A stretch of 58,162 nucleotides of DNA. Source: a virus (lineage: Duplodnaviria > Caudoviricetes). Location: positions 1 to 58,162 of the IMG/VR virus record IMGVR_UViG_3300015076_000001; one strand, 5' to 3'. This document shows positions 35,014 through 44,759 of this stretch, one piece after another (position 1 is the stretch's first letter; each line of letters opens with the position of its first letter). Made by a program: the position numbers and the translations under genes. The notes beneath the pieces are model-generated. The model did no database searches. It was not told the origin of the DNA and worked only from the letters and a program-made list of their open reading frames with translations.

Positions 35014-36083
35014 GCGGGGTTCCCCCTTTTGAGGTCCAGGAACGCCCTGGCGCGTTGGGTGCCGGTGCCTTCCGGCGGCTGAGCCACGGGCCGGTGGTGG
35101 CCGTTGCTGTCCACGACCCGCAGCGCGGGCACGTTGGCCGAGGCGTTCATGACCTCGTTCACCACGGCTGGCAGCGCGGATGGGTGCAGGCCCTTCGCCG
35201 ACCAGACATCGAGCCCGGCGCGAATGTCCGACTCGTCGATGCCCTCAGCAAGCATCGCGGCGATCGCCTTCCCGGCTTGCCCGATCACGGTTCCCGGGGG
35301 GCGCTTGCGGCAACGCTCCACCCACTGGGCTACCAGGATCTGGCCGGGCGTCCGGTTGTCGGGCTGCGGCGATTCTTCGCCCGCCGTAGGCGGTTCTGTA
35401 GAAGTTGAGTTCTCGTCAACGGAAGAGACACCACTACCCCTACCCCCTCCCCTACCCCCGGGGGTTCCGTCGATCCCATCGGGCGAGCCATCCGCGGAAG
35501 GCATCGCCGGAAGGGTTCCCTGGAAGGGTTCCAGCGAAGGGTTCCCGGGATGGTTCTCCCAAGGGTCCTGAACCCTCTCCGAACCCTCCAGAACGGTTCC
35601 GTTCGTACCCCTCGGCGGAGGCGGAGGCGGGTCCAGCTCATCCGCGACCGCGTGCGGGTCAGGGTGAGAAAACGACTTGCCGCCACTCACCGTGTCCGGG
35701 CGTTTCGGCGGGAGCTTCCGCAGTTCCGCCGCGAGCGTCTTCCTGATCTTCTGGGAGTGAACTTGCTGAGCCTCCCGCAGCGCCGCCTTCAGCACGTTGG
35801 GTTGATCCGCCACTCCGTCGTTGCGGATCATGGTGCGGATCAGGAAGCTGAAGCCGTCGACAACAATCCAGTCCTGAGCAACCAGCTCCCCAAGCGACTT
35901 CTCGATCCGGTCGAGCGGCATCTCGGCGTTCTGCGCCCACAACTCGGGGCAGTAGCGGCCGACCCCTGCGTAGTTCACCGAGTCGTCGGTGAGGAGCACG
36001 CAGTACAGGAGCTTCGCCGGAGCCGAGGCGCCACGAAGACCGCGCCAGATCCCGAACTTCAGTCGGGCTTCGCTGCGGGCCAT
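35010..36083 (-). CDS. Replication initiator protein (wHTH)
   Basis: MARSEARLKFGIW..AKLLY..NYAGV; iteron-bearing low-complexity linker; C-terminal helical domain. Confidence 0.75.
   Translation of the reverse strand: MARSEARLKFGIWRGLRGASAPAKLLYCVLLTDDSVNYAGVGRYCPELWAQNAEMPLDRIEKSLGELVAQDWIVVDGFSFLIRTMIRNDGVADQPNVLKAALREAQQVHSQKIRKTLAAELRKLPPKRPDTVSGGKSFSHPDPHAVADELDPPPPPPRGTNGTVLEGSERVQDPWENHPGNPSLEPFQGTLPAMPSADGSPDGIDGTPGGRGGGRGSGVSSVDENSTSTEPPTAGEESPQPDNRTPGQILVAQWVERCRKRPPGTVIGQAGKAIAAMLAEGIDESDIRAGLDVWSAKGLHPSALPAVVNEVMNASANVPALRVVDSNGHHRPVAQPPEGTGTQRARAFLDLKRGNPA
35510..35600. repeat. Iterons, probable origin of replication inside the initiator gene
   Basis: GAAGGGTTCC at 35510, 35523, 35536 (13-bp period), degenerate copy at 35549, inverted GAACCCT at 35570 and 35581. 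Confidence 0.7.
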
Positions 36084-36802
36084 CAGCCCTTCGCTCCCTT
36101 TTGGTTGTTGCAGTGGGAGCAGAGGACTTGATAGTTCTCGTACGCGTTGGGTCCGCCCATCGCGAGCGAGATCCTGTGGTCGACCTGAAGGAATCGGGTC
36201 CGGCCATCGATGACGTCTCGATCTGCGACGCCGCAGTGAGCGCAGACGTGTATGCCAGCGTCGATCTCTGCGCGTAGCCGCCGCCTGCCGGGGCAATTGC
36301 TGAACTGGCGACGGAGGGCTTTGAGCTCCTCCCGCGGCAGCTGCGACACGCGGCGGCCTTCGGGAACGGGTAGCCCCTGCTCCATGCAGTCGGCGGCTAG
36401 AACGCTTCGCGGTAGGCCGAGCTTGCGGAACTCGATGGCGATGAGGCTGCGCAGCAGCGCGGAGGAGACTGCCTCGGCGTCGCGGATGGCGCGCTCCAAG
36501 ACGTTGCCGCCGTTGCGTGCCTCGTCGCGGATGCAGTCCGGGATGAAGACCTCGCGGTGCCAGCGGTCAACGACGACAAAGCCGGTTCGATAGAGCGTCT
36601 CGACGGACTTCTCGACCGCGGGAGCCGTTGACTCATGCGACGTCATCCACAGCGTGGGATCAAGAATGCTGATGCCCGCGCGGTTCGTCGTGGGGATTGA
36701 GCGCATCGCGAAGTAGACGAGTTGGGCCTGCCTGTCCAGCTCGATGAAACGGGCATCGCTCCAGATGCCCGTGGAGATGACGGCGTAGCTGCGTTGCGGC
36801 AT
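36083..36802 (-). CDS. Initiator-like wHTH domain fused to HNH nuclease
   Basis: ISTGIWSDARFIELDRQAQLVY..NRAGI; C-terminal CAHC..VDHRISLAMGG..NYQVLCSHCNNQK. Confidence 0.75.
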   Translation of the reverse strand: MPQRSYAVISTGIWSDARFIELDRQAQLVYFAMRSIPTTNRAGISILDPTLWMTSHESTAPAVEKSVETLYRTGFVVVDRWHREVFIPDCIRDEARNGGNVLERAIRDAEAVSSALLRSLIAIEFRKLGLPRSVLAADCMEQGLPVPEGRRVSQLPREELKALRRQFSNCPGRRRLRAEIDAGIHVCAHCGVADRDVIDGRTRFLQVDHRISLAMGGPNAYENYQVLCSHCNNQKGAKG

Positions 36803-36917
36803 CAGGTGCCCACCTGACGGGCTGCCGTGCGGCATGAGGGGGGAGCTTGCACGGTCGGCCTCCTGTTCTGTCGTGCTGACGTTCTGACTGTTCAAGGTGG
36901 GACTTATGGCCTACACT

Positions 36918-36939
36918 GTGTGGCATAAGAGTGCCACAC
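36918..36939. promoter_or_regulatory. Palindromic operator candidate
   Basis: GTGTGGCA-N6-TGCCACAC beside TACACT, between divergent genes. Confidence 0.55.
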
Positions 36940-36969
36940 GTTGGTGGCCGAATCAAGGTGGCGGATCAG

Positions 36970-37254
36970 ATGACACATGCTCTTGGCCTTGCCGAGTGGC
37001 CTACGCTCTACCCCGTGGGAGCGACGGAAGACGAGCGCGAGGTCAGGGCCGTAATGGGCCGACTGAAGCGCGCTGAGGCCCACGTCAAGGCCGTCCGTGC
37101 CGAGGCCGCGGAAGTCATCGCCGCCAAGGCTGCTCTCGGCAGGCGTCAAGTGGATCTCGTCCGCTGGTCCGGTTACACCCGCGAGCACATCCGCCGCATC
37201 GTCAGGGACGCGAACGGCGACGCGACGGAAGACACTGCCGCCGACTCGGCCTGA
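36970..37254 (+). CDS. Small HTH regulator
   Basis: RQVDLVRWSGYTREHIRRI; start uncertain. Confidence 0.7.
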   Translation: MTHALGLAEWPTLYPVGATEDEREVRAVMGRLKRAEAHVKAVRAEAAEVIAAKAALGRRQVDLVRWSGYTREHIRRIVRDANGDATEDTAADSA

Positions 37255-37296
37255 TCCGGTGTCCGCCACACCAAAACATGATCGTGAGGAGCCGAC

Positions 37297-37521
37297 GTGA
37301 GCGAGCCGGTATTTCCTGGACCCAAGCTTGACGTGCTGGTCACGGTCGACGGCTACGTCCAACTCCAGATCAGCCACGGCGACGGGCGGCAAGCCTCGAC
37401 CATCAACCTGAACCCCGACCACGCAAAGTGGGTGGCGGAGCAGATCCGAGACGGCGCCCGACTCGCGGAGAAGCACCCGCGCTGGACTCCCTCCCCTGCT
37501 AGCCGAGAGGACGAGAGATAA
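37297..37521 (+). CDS. Hypothetical protein
   Basis: GAGGAG SD + GTG. Confidence 0.6.
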   Translation: MSEPVFPGPKLDVLVTVDGYVQLQISHGDGRQASTINLNPDHAKWVAEQIRDGARLAEKHPRWTPSPASREDER

Positions 37522-37782
37522 GTGAGCGACAACTGGCAAGCCACCTACGGCGAACGCTTCCTCGCCCGCGCCATCCAGCGCCCGCAACCGGAGCCCATCT
37601 ACGTCCCGCCAACCGACGAGCAGATCGCGCTGCTCCCCGAAGGTCAGCGCCGATTCGCCCTGACCGTGCGCGCTTGGCACTACGCGATGGCCGAGGCGGG
37701 CAAAACCCTCAGCGAAGCGTTCCGTCAGACGGCGCTGACCGCCCTCGTTTCGCCTGCTGCTGATCGGGAACACCGGGAGTAA
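37522..37782 (+). CDS. Hypothetical protein
   Basis: Abuts the upstream stop; ends before the terminator. Confidence 0.55.
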   Translation: MSDNWQATYGERFLARAIQRPQPEPIYVPPTDEQIALLPEGQRRFALTVRAWHYAMAEAGKTLSEAFRQTALTALVSPAADREHRE

Positions 37783-37819
37783 TCCCTCCAAAATCTGGGC
37801 GCTGGGGAGCGGCTCGGGG

Positions 37820-37858
37820 GTCAGGGGCCCGCAGGATTCGTCCATGCGGGCCCCTGAC
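37820..37858. terminator. Terminator hairpin between convergent genes
   Basis: 14-bp perfect stem GTCAGGGGCCCGCA/TGCGGGCCCCTGAC. Confidence 0.75.
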
Positions 37859-37863
37859 GCGTC

Positions 37864-38415
37864 TCATCCGTAGCTGCAGTTCATGTGCCAGCCGGGCGCC
37901 TTGCCCAGAGTCGGGAGTTCCATCAGCTCCATGAACGCGGCGAGCTTCTGGTCCCAGTCGTCAACCGCAATAAGCTTGATGGGGTCGATCAGCGTCGAAC
38001 CCCAGTCGTACGCGCGCTGATGTGAAGCGTCGATGCGGACGAACCAGTGCGTCTCGCCTTCGCCGTAACCGTAGGTGTCGAGCGTGACGCCGTAGGAATC
38101 GTTCAGCCGCTGCTTCTCGTCCCGGTTCGACGACCAGGCTTTCCACTCGGGGGTTTCCCACTGCTCCTGCCGGAGACGCTTCTTCTCCTCGTAGGGCAGG
38201 TCGTAGGGGATCTCCGGGAGGTCGGGGAACGGCTCCTCGATCCACCCGAGCTTGCGCGCGAGGTGCTCGTCGGCCTCCTCGGAGTCGATCTCCCCGCCGT
38301 CCTCATCTTCACTCCGCAGCCATTCCGGTCGCAGGTCTTCCCAGTCAGGGCTGCCTGTCTCCATCGTGCCGAGGTCGTAGCCGTAGAACAGGTCGGCGCT
38401 GGGGCTCTGGCCCAT
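37864..38415 (-). CDS. Acidic hypothetical protein
   Basis: GAGGA SD; 183 aa, MGQSPSADLFYGYDLG. Confidence 0.7.
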   Translation of the reverse strand: MGQSPSADLFYGYDLGTMETGSPDWEDLRPEWLRSEDEDGGEIDSEEADEHLARKLGWIEEPFPDLPEIPYDLPYEEKKRLRQEQWETPEWKAWSSNRDEKQRLNDSYGVTLDTYGYGEGETHWFVRIDASHQRAYDWGSTLIDPIKLIAVDDWDQKLAAFMELMELPTLGKAPGWHMNCSYG

Positions 38416-38531
38416 CGTCTGGTCCTCTCGAAATCAGGTTTCGGGGGCTCGGGGTCAGGGGCGCTGTGGGAACGGGTTCAGCCGGATGACGTAGACGTCG
38501 GAGCCGTCGCATCCGAAGCGGGCGTAGCTCA

Positions 38532-38981
38532 TCAGAACGGCGCCTGGTCTGAGTCGGCCGAACTCGTCCACGGATCTGATTCGGCAGGGGCGGAACGGCC
38601 GCCACCCTCCGAACCGGCCGAGACTTTCGTGACCTTGACCGTGGCGCTCTTCACGCTCACGCCGAACTCGTCGACCTCGAGCTCGACAACGGTCCGCTTC
38701 TGACCGTCGACCTCAAACGAACGCTGCTTGAGCCGCCCCGACACGAGGACGCGGGCGCCCTTCTGGAGGTCGGACTCGGCCAGATTCTCGGCGGGCTTCT
38801 TCCAAAGCGCGCACCTCATAAACAGCGTGTCACCGTCCTTCCATTCGCCGCTCTGCCGATCAAAGTTGCGCGGCGTGGAAGCGATTGTAAAATTGGCCAC
38901 CGCAGCGCCGCTTGGGGTGAAACGCAACTCGGGCGGTGCGACCAAATTGCCGCATACGGTGATCAGAGTTTCGCCTGCCAT
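38532..38981 (-). CDS. ssb: Single-stranded DNA-binding protein
   Basis: [30 protein letters not shown], acidic tail DQAPF. Confidence 0.95.
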   Translation of the reverse strand: MAGETLITVCGNLVAPPELRFTPSGAAVANFTIASTPRNFDRQSGEWKDGDTLFMRCALWKKPAENLAESDLQKGARVLVSGRLKQRSFEVDGQKRTVVELEVDEFGVSVKSATVKVTKVSAGSEGGGRSAPAESDPWTSSADSDQAPF

Positions 38982-38982
38982 G

Positions 38983-39531
38983 TCAGACTCCTGCCTTCTC
39001 AGAAAGCGCTTTGAGGGCGAGCCCCGTCACCGTCACGCCGTTCTCGGCGGTGTGCACCTCAGGCTCAGGGTCGATACCGAGTCGGACGCAGATGTCCGAC
39101 AGGCCAGGCGCATCCGACAAGCGCAGGCCCAACACGCCGGCCGCGTATGGGCCGATCTCGCCGAGCCGGTAGTTCCACGGCTCCGGGTGCAGTCCGGCCT
39201 GGCGGAACGCCTTGACCAGCCATGCGCAGTCAGCGCGGCCGATGTTCGCCCCCGCGATGCACTGCCCGCGCAACACGTGATGCAGGCGCCGCGTCTCGGT
39301 GCCGTCGTCCTGCGGTTTCCCTGCGAGCCGGTCCAGGTAGCCGTTGATCCGCAGCGCATCCGGGTGGCCGTGCTTGCGCACCCAGCCCTCGTCGTGGAAA
39401 GGGATGAAAGATCCCCGTTCGTCCGTGTCGAGGTCCCACCACGCGATCTCGACTGCGATGTCCTGATCCGTGAGCCCAGTACTTTCACAATCCACCACGA
39501 CCGTGCGCCGCTTCGGGGTCTCGCCGCTCAT
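38983..39531 (-). CDS. DnaQ-like DEDDh exonuclease
   Basis: [21 protein letters not shown] (last Asp appears replaced). Confidence 0.75.
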   Translation of the reverse strand: MSGETPKRRTVVVDCESTGLTDQDIAVEIAWWDLDTDERGSFIPFHDEGWVRKHGHPDALRINGYLDRLAGKPQDDGTETRRLHHVLRGQCIAGANIGRADCAWLVKAFRQAGLHPEPWNYRLGEIGPYAAGVLGLRLSDAPGLSDICVRLGIDPEPEVHTAENGVTVTGLALKALSEKAGV

Positions 39532-39959
39532 GCCGACACCCCCGCCAGGAACGCCGGAGAGAAGGCCAGGACAAACCGCTTCCAGTCCGGGTACCACTCC
39601 ACCTGCGGCAACGTCTGGAAGATGTTCTCCCTCGCGCCGACGACGATGACCCGCTTGCCCGCGGCGAGAGCCATGCCCAGCTCGACATGACGCCCACCCG
39701 TTGTGGACGGCCCGTACTGCGTGAACACGATCACCGTGTCCGCAGCAAGCAGATCCGCCATGTCGTGCAGGGCGTACGGGGCGCAGCGCTCCGGGTCGGC
39801 GTTCATCACGTCCGGGGTGAGGCCATCCACCCCGATCTCACCGGAGACGTCGGTGTCGATCCACGACGAGGTGATCTCATGCCCGAACGCCGTGAGCACG
39901 TCGCGGACACCGAGCATTTCCTGCTGGGCACTGAAACGGGCAGCAAGGTAGATCTTCAT
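39528..39959 (-). CDS. Nucleoside 2-deoxyribosyltransferase-like protein
   Basis: KIYLAA, DMADLLAAD, GRHVELGMALA. Confidence 0.8.
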   Translation of the reverse strand: MKIYLAARFSAQQEMLGVRDVLTAFGHEITSSWIDTDVSGEIGVDGLTPDVMNADPERCAPYALHDMADLLAADTVIVFTQYGPSTTGGRHVELGMALAAGKRVIVVGARENIFQTLPQVEWYPDWKRFVLAFSPAFLAGVSA

Positions 39960-40291
39960 GCCGCGTCCCCGATCCCGTGTCCCTGCGGGTTGGCCTTCCA
40001 GTCCCGGGCCGACACCACCGCCCACCGTTCGGTCACCGCGTCCGCGAGCTCGAAGCCGTAGAACGAGGCGACGTCGCAGAGCTTGATGAACACGTCCGCG
40101 GTTTCCTTGCGGAGTTCCGCATCCCATTCGGCGCGGGTGCCGCGGATGCCCTGACTGCGCTTCACCGCTGCCCGCATGACCTCGCCGACCTCTTCGGCGA
40201 GACCGCCGACGGTGGCCAGCTCATTGCCGTGCCCGAAGTTGTGTTCCACCCAGGCGTTGACTTCGCCCTGTAGATCTCGAATGTCGGTCAT
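39956..40291 (-). CDS. mazG: MazG-like NTP pyrophosphohydrolase
   Basis: LAEEVGEV...KETADV. Confidence 0.85.
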   Translation of the reverse strand: MTDIRDLQGEVNAWVEHNFGHGNELATVGGLAEEVGEVMRAAVKRSQGIRGTRAEWDAELRKETADVFIKLCDVASFYGFELADAVTERWAVVSARDWKANPQGHGIGDAA

Positions 40292-40758
40292 GCCGCTTTC
40301 CTTTCAAGAGGGGTGGTCCCGCCATCGGCGGTGAGGTAGTGCCAGCCCCGATTCGCGAGCCACACGGGCACGTCGGCGGGGTCGGCGTAGGCAGACACCG
40401 ACCAGCCGCGTTCTTTCGCGAGGGCCGGGTTGATCGTGATCAGGCCATGGCATCCGGTGCTTCCGGTGCCGCAGCAGTGCAGGCCGTTCGCTGCGTCCCA
40501 GGCGCCGCCCTGGCCTTTGTTCTTGCGGTGGTGCCAGTTCGTAGCCGGGGCACGACCGCACACTTCGCAGCGGCCCTCTGAGCGTGCGGCTACAAGGGCG
40601 CGGGCTCGAGCTTCGGCGGGGTCACGCTTCGCAGGCTTCGGCTTTGGCTTCGCAGCTGCGCGCGAAAGTTCAGCCCCTCGTCTCAGCGCCCCGGTTGCCT
40701 TGAGACGAGAGGAGCGGGGCTTGAAACCCTTGCCGCGAGAGATGCTGGAGCGCTTCAT
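40288..40758 (-). CDS. HNH endonuclease-like protein
   Basis: CEVCG, HHRKNKGQGG, N..CG....CHG. Confidence 0.75.
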   Translation of the reverse strand: MKRSSISRGKGFKPRSSRLKATGALRRGAELSRAAAKPKPKPAKRDPAEARARALVAARSEGRCEVCGRAPATNWHHRKNKGQGGAWDAANGLHCCGTGSTGCHGLITINPALAKERGWSVSAYADPADVPVWLANRGWHYLTADGGTTPLERKAA

Positions 40759-40952
40759 GACGACTCCCCCGGAGTAGACTCGTCAGCAGCATCCGAGGGG
40801 GCGCAGGCCGGGCAGGTATCCCGGCGGTGGCCGTCCTCGTCGCGCTCAGTCCGCCATCCACGCCGAGCGCGCACTGCGGCAGGGTGATCCGCCGTGTAGA
40901 CCCAGTGTCCGCACTGGTCGCAGTGAACGGTGACGATCGTCGTGAGGCTCAC
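40755..40952 (-). CDS. Small zinc-binding protein
   Basis: CDQC..GW..DTCPAC. Confidence 0.55.
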   Translation of the reverse strand: MSLTTIVTVHCDQCGHWVYTADHPAAVRARRGWRTERDEDGHRRDTCPACAPSDAADESTPGESS

Positions 40953-41302
40953 GGCGTCGCCCCCGAACCGGCAAGGCTGGTCTCAGCCCGCAGTGCAGCC
41001 CCGAGTGAGCGGCCCACGTCGACCCGCAACTTCACGGACTCGATCTGCCTGCGCAGCCCCCGCACCGTCGCTTCCGCGAGCTCCGCGGCAAGACGCTGCG
41101 CGTGGGTGGATTCGATGCTGACGTGCTTGCGGATGTCCATCGCACCCTCGGCCCTGAGGAACGCCTTGGACAGGGCGAGCGTGTAGTCCTCGCGGGCGTT
41201 GACAGCCGTGATCTCAGCCCGGCCGATCTCCTGCACGAGTTCGTCGAGCTGTCGGGAGAGCTTCGCCAGTTGGGCGGCGACGTCGTTGGACGTGATCGTC
41301 AC
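40949..41302 (-). CDS. Coiled-coil recombination-module protein
   Basis: All-helical 117 aa next to the ATPase. Confidence 0.6.
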   Translation of the reverse strand: MTITSNDVAAQLAKLSRQLDELVQEIGRAEITAVNAREDYTLALSKAFLRAEGAMDIRKHVSIESTHAQRLAAELAEATVRGLRRQIESVKLRVDVGRSLGAALRAETSLAGSGATP

Positions 41303-42222
41303 GGCTGCGCACCATTCGTGGCCGCCGACAGAGCCCGGCCGCGGGAGACGACCAGCGCCTCCAGGACGGTCGGGTTGCCCTGCCCGTCGGTCACGGGGGC
41401 GTTGCCGAGGCCCGCGGTCTTCACGGTGGCCAGCAGGTCCCGCAAGGTGGCAACGGTGGCGTCCGGGTCGAGCGCGTCAGCCCGGTAGGCCAGCGGCCCG
41501 GCGACCTCTTCGCCGTCGGCCAGCCAGTCCCGGATCGTGACTGCCAACTCTTCGCCCGGCTTCACGATCACCGCGCCGTTGAGCATCGGGATACGGGTCT
41601 TCGACACCGACAGCGTGTTCTCGTGGTCCAGGTCGCCCACCAGGTCGAACTCGTACTCCAGACCCTCGCGCTGCTGCGGCTTCATGCCGACCTTCACCGG
41701 CTTGGACTTGCCGCGGTCGTCCTTCTCGATGACGTACTCGGTCTTCACCCGCAGCGTCGCGATGACGTGGCCGGGGTAGGAGACGATGGCGTCGACCATG
41801 CGGCGCTCGACCGGCGCCATCTCCTTCCACCCGGAGGAGTACGAGGAGTTGGAGCGCGACGCCGCGGTGCGCTTGTCGACCTGCTCCAACATGCCGTCGA
41901 CACCCATCCAGTAGTGGCTCCAGGAGTCGATGAGGACCGCCGGGAACCCCGCGCCCGCAGCAACGCCGAGCGCCTCAATGAGGGCGTCAGGCGCGAAGGA
42001 CTGGGGGCTGGCGTGCTTGAACCGCCACCCGTTCTCTCCCGCGTACTTGGCGGCCGAACCGCGCTCGGTGTCGATGACGGCGAGCTGCCCGCCTTCGGCC
42101 TGCGCGAGGTAGCAGCCCAGCAGGAGACCCGTCCAGGTCTTGCCTGAGCCGGAAGGACCGGCCAGAGCGATGCGCGCCTTGGCCGCTCGCTTCGTGGCGT
42201 CTTCGAACAGGATCGTGCTCAC
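41299..42222 (-). CDS. Sak4-like AAA ATPase (recombination)
   Basis: GPSGSGKT, IDTERGSA, IDSWSH, EYEFD. Confidence 0.85.
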   Translation of the reverse strand: MSTILFEDATKRAAKARIALAGPSGSGKTWTGLLLGCYLAQAEGGQLAVIDTERGSAAKYAGENGWRFKHASPQSFAPDALIEALGVAAGAGFPAVLIDSWSHYWMGVDGMLEQVDKRTAASRSNSSYSSGWKEMAPVERRMVDAIVSYPGHVIATLRVKTEYVIEKDDRGKSKPVKVGMKPQQREGLEYEFDLVGDLDHENTLSVSKTRIPMLNGAVIVKPGEELAVTIRDWLADGEEVAGPLAYRADALDPDATVATLRDLLATVKTAGLGNAPVTDGQGNPTVLEALVVSRGRALSAATNGAQP

Positions 42223-42455
42223 GCTGCGTCCTTCGGCTTATCGGTTCGGGTCGCGAGGATGACGAGAGGGATCGGGTCCTGGCCCTCTTCAGGCCGACAA
42301 TGTGGGCAGCGCACACGGCCCACTGCGGGGCCGGTGACGATGCGAACCAAACCCACAGGGCGGCCGTCGCAGAGCGCGCAAAATCCGGGGGCAGACCAGC
42401 GGATCGCTACGGACTGGTAGCGGTCGATCGGGACGGAGCGGAGATGGCGGGTCAT
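42219..42455 (-). CDS. Small zinc-ribbon protein
   Basis: CALC...CPHC. Confidence 0.5.
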   Translation of the reverse strand: MTRHLRSVPIDRYQSVAIRWSAPGFCALCDGRPVGLVRIVTGPAVGRVRCPHCRPEEGQDPIPLVILATRTDKPKDAA

Positions 42456-43039
42456 GACGCCTCGCTCTCGGCGGCTGGGAGGACGGGCTGCCCGTCCCAC
42501 GTGATCACCCGGGCATCGACCAGGCGAGTGATCGCCGCGGCGGCGTTCTTGTCCGGCACTACCCGCAACACCCCGCCAGGGCGAACCCGCGTGATACCCG
42601 GAGCGGCTGCCTCGCCGGTGGCCTTGGACTGCTCCACCGCGGCGGCGATGGCCTCCCGTGTCACCTGCTCCTCAGAGCAGGTCAGGTGCGGGGCGTGCTC
42701 GTGCAGGACAACGAACACCTCGTCGAGCTGATCCACCTCATGCCAACCAATGCCGGGAAGCAGGACGAACGCCACCGCCGTCACACACCCCGGGAACGTG
42801 GCCAGGTGCGCGCGCAGGGCGGACTCGTCGGTCACCCTCCACTCAGGCGCCGGGTCTGTGCGTTGGACATATCCGAGGGCGGCGTCGTCGACGGGGCTGC
42901 GGAACGTCTGCTTCGACCCCGCGATGTAGCCGACGCCGATGATGGCCTTGGCCTTGTCCTGCTCAGCCTTGATGCGTTGGGCAAGGGAGGCCAGGACGAG
43001 GGCGCGGATCTCCGGGGCGAGCGGAGCGGGGGCGGTCAC
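42452..43039 (-). CDS. Hypothetical, weakly Gam/Gp157-like
   Basis: Helical N-terminus, WRVTDESAL, TGEAAAPGI; near the ATPase gene. Confidence 0.45.
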   Translation of the reverse strand: MTAPAPLAPEIRALVLASLAQRIKAEQDKAKAIIGVGYIAGSKQTFRSPVDDAALGYVQRTDPAPEWRVTDESALRAHLATFPGCVTAVAFVLLPGIGWHEVDQLDEVFVVLHEHAPHLTCSEEQVTREAIAAAVEQSKATGEAAAPGITRVRPGGVLRVVPDKNAAAAITRLVDARVITWDGQPVLPAAESEAS

Positions 43040-44759
43040 TTGTCGACCTCCGCGACGATCCGCCGCACCGTGCCCGAACCGTCGACAATCCAACTGATCA
43101 GGAACGCCACCAGGTAGCTCGCCCAGTACCCGAGCGGGACGATGGGCCAGCCGTAGTCGTGCAGGAACGCTGTCAGCCACATGACCGGCAGCGCCAGCAG
43201 CAGGCAGTAGGCCAGGCCGAGAACGATCTCCAGTACAGCCTTCATCACGCGCTCGCCTTCTCGTCGATGTCGTGCAGCAAGCCGGGCATGGGTCCGTAAC
43301 GGAGGTCAGCCCAGTCGGCCTGCTCCCGTCGGATGGCCGGGTCGTGAAAAGTCAGCAGCCAGGCCCCGCGGAAAGACCGGTCAGAACGCATCGACCAGGC
43401 GCGGGCCTTCTCGGCGTCGCGGAAGGCGTTGCGGAACTCCAACTCCACCGACCAGTCATCCGAGCCATCACACTTCGGGCAGCTTTGAGGTCCGGCGCAG
43501 CCGCAGCGCAGCCCCGAATAGGAGTGACCCCAACCCTGCGGCTCGTAACGGGAGCCGTACACGGGCAACGGCTCGTCGTCGTAACGGAGGTCGCTCACCA
43601 CTTCCCCCTTCTCAACGGGGTGGGCAGGTACGGCTGGAAGGGATGAGGCTCAGCGGCATACAAATCCGCCAACGTGTCGCCGACGTGAGATGTGCAGCTG
43701 CGGGTGTCCGGTCCGACCTGCCACGTTGCGGGCGCTTCGCAGATGACGCAGGAAGACGCCGAGAAGATCGAAACCGGCGCGACAGGCGTGGCGGTCATGT
43801 CTGGTCTCCCCCGTCCCCAGAAGAGAGACGGGCGGCAGAGACGCGCTCACCCTCATTGACCTGGCGTTGTAGTACGCGGTTCGCGGCGGCGAGGGCCGTC
43901 TTGTCGCAGAGCTTCTGCAAGCGATCACGGTCGGAGCGGAGCTGCTCAACCTCGCCCAGCGCGTCGGCCACGAGAGCGGCAGTCGCTCCCGAGAGGGTGA
44001 CGCTGCCGTCAGTGGCACTGACGAGGCGGAGCAGGGCGCGCGTCTTCTCTAGGTCGGTGCGCTCAGTCATTGCGGGTCCCCCGCTCCGACGTGGAAGCCG
44101 GGACGGAGGGCGCATCAAACGTGTCCCGCCACCGCGAAGTCGCCTCGTCAAGCCACGGGACGGACATCGCCTGAACGGCAGCCAGGGCCAACGTTGCGTG
44201 CACCTGGGCGCGCAGGAGGAGCGCGGGTTCTTCGTCGGCGGGAAGATCCCTGGTGCCAATGTCGCGAGCGGTGTTGCCAAGAATCCGCTCGGCCTCGCGG
44301 TAGTGCTGCGCGGCGTTCACTTGCCTCGCCCCGATCCAATAGAGAAGGCCGCGACGATCAGCGCAACCCCGATGTAAGGGGCAAGGGAGAGCCCGACCAT
44401 CGGCCACGTCGTGTCCTGCGACGGGCCGGTGCTCTCGCCGCACGCAGCGCAGAAGGTGAGGACCAAGAGCGCCGCAGCGAGTAGGCGAGTGGTCATGATT
44501 CGTGCTCCCAATCCTCGGAGGCGGGCAGCGCGATAGATGCCCAGAAGTCGACGGGGATTCCCCCGGCCTGCATGTGGTTCGCGGCGTAACGGGCGCAGAT
44601 GATCGCGACCTTCTCCGGTCGCACACCCTGGTCGTCGGCAGCGGCTTGAAGCGCCGCCAAAGCGTCGGACGTGGCCGTGTTCGTCTCGCGGGACATGTGC
44701 CGTACCAGGGCGATCGCTGTGCGGATTTCGGCGTGAGTGCCGACGGGGGGCTGTGTCAT
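43036..44759 (-). other. Run of small coupled hypothetical genes (43036-43248 TM, 43245-43601, 43595-43798, 43795-44070, 44063-44320, 44317-44496, 44493-44759)
   Basis: Overlapping start/stop codons throughout. Confidence 0.55.
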
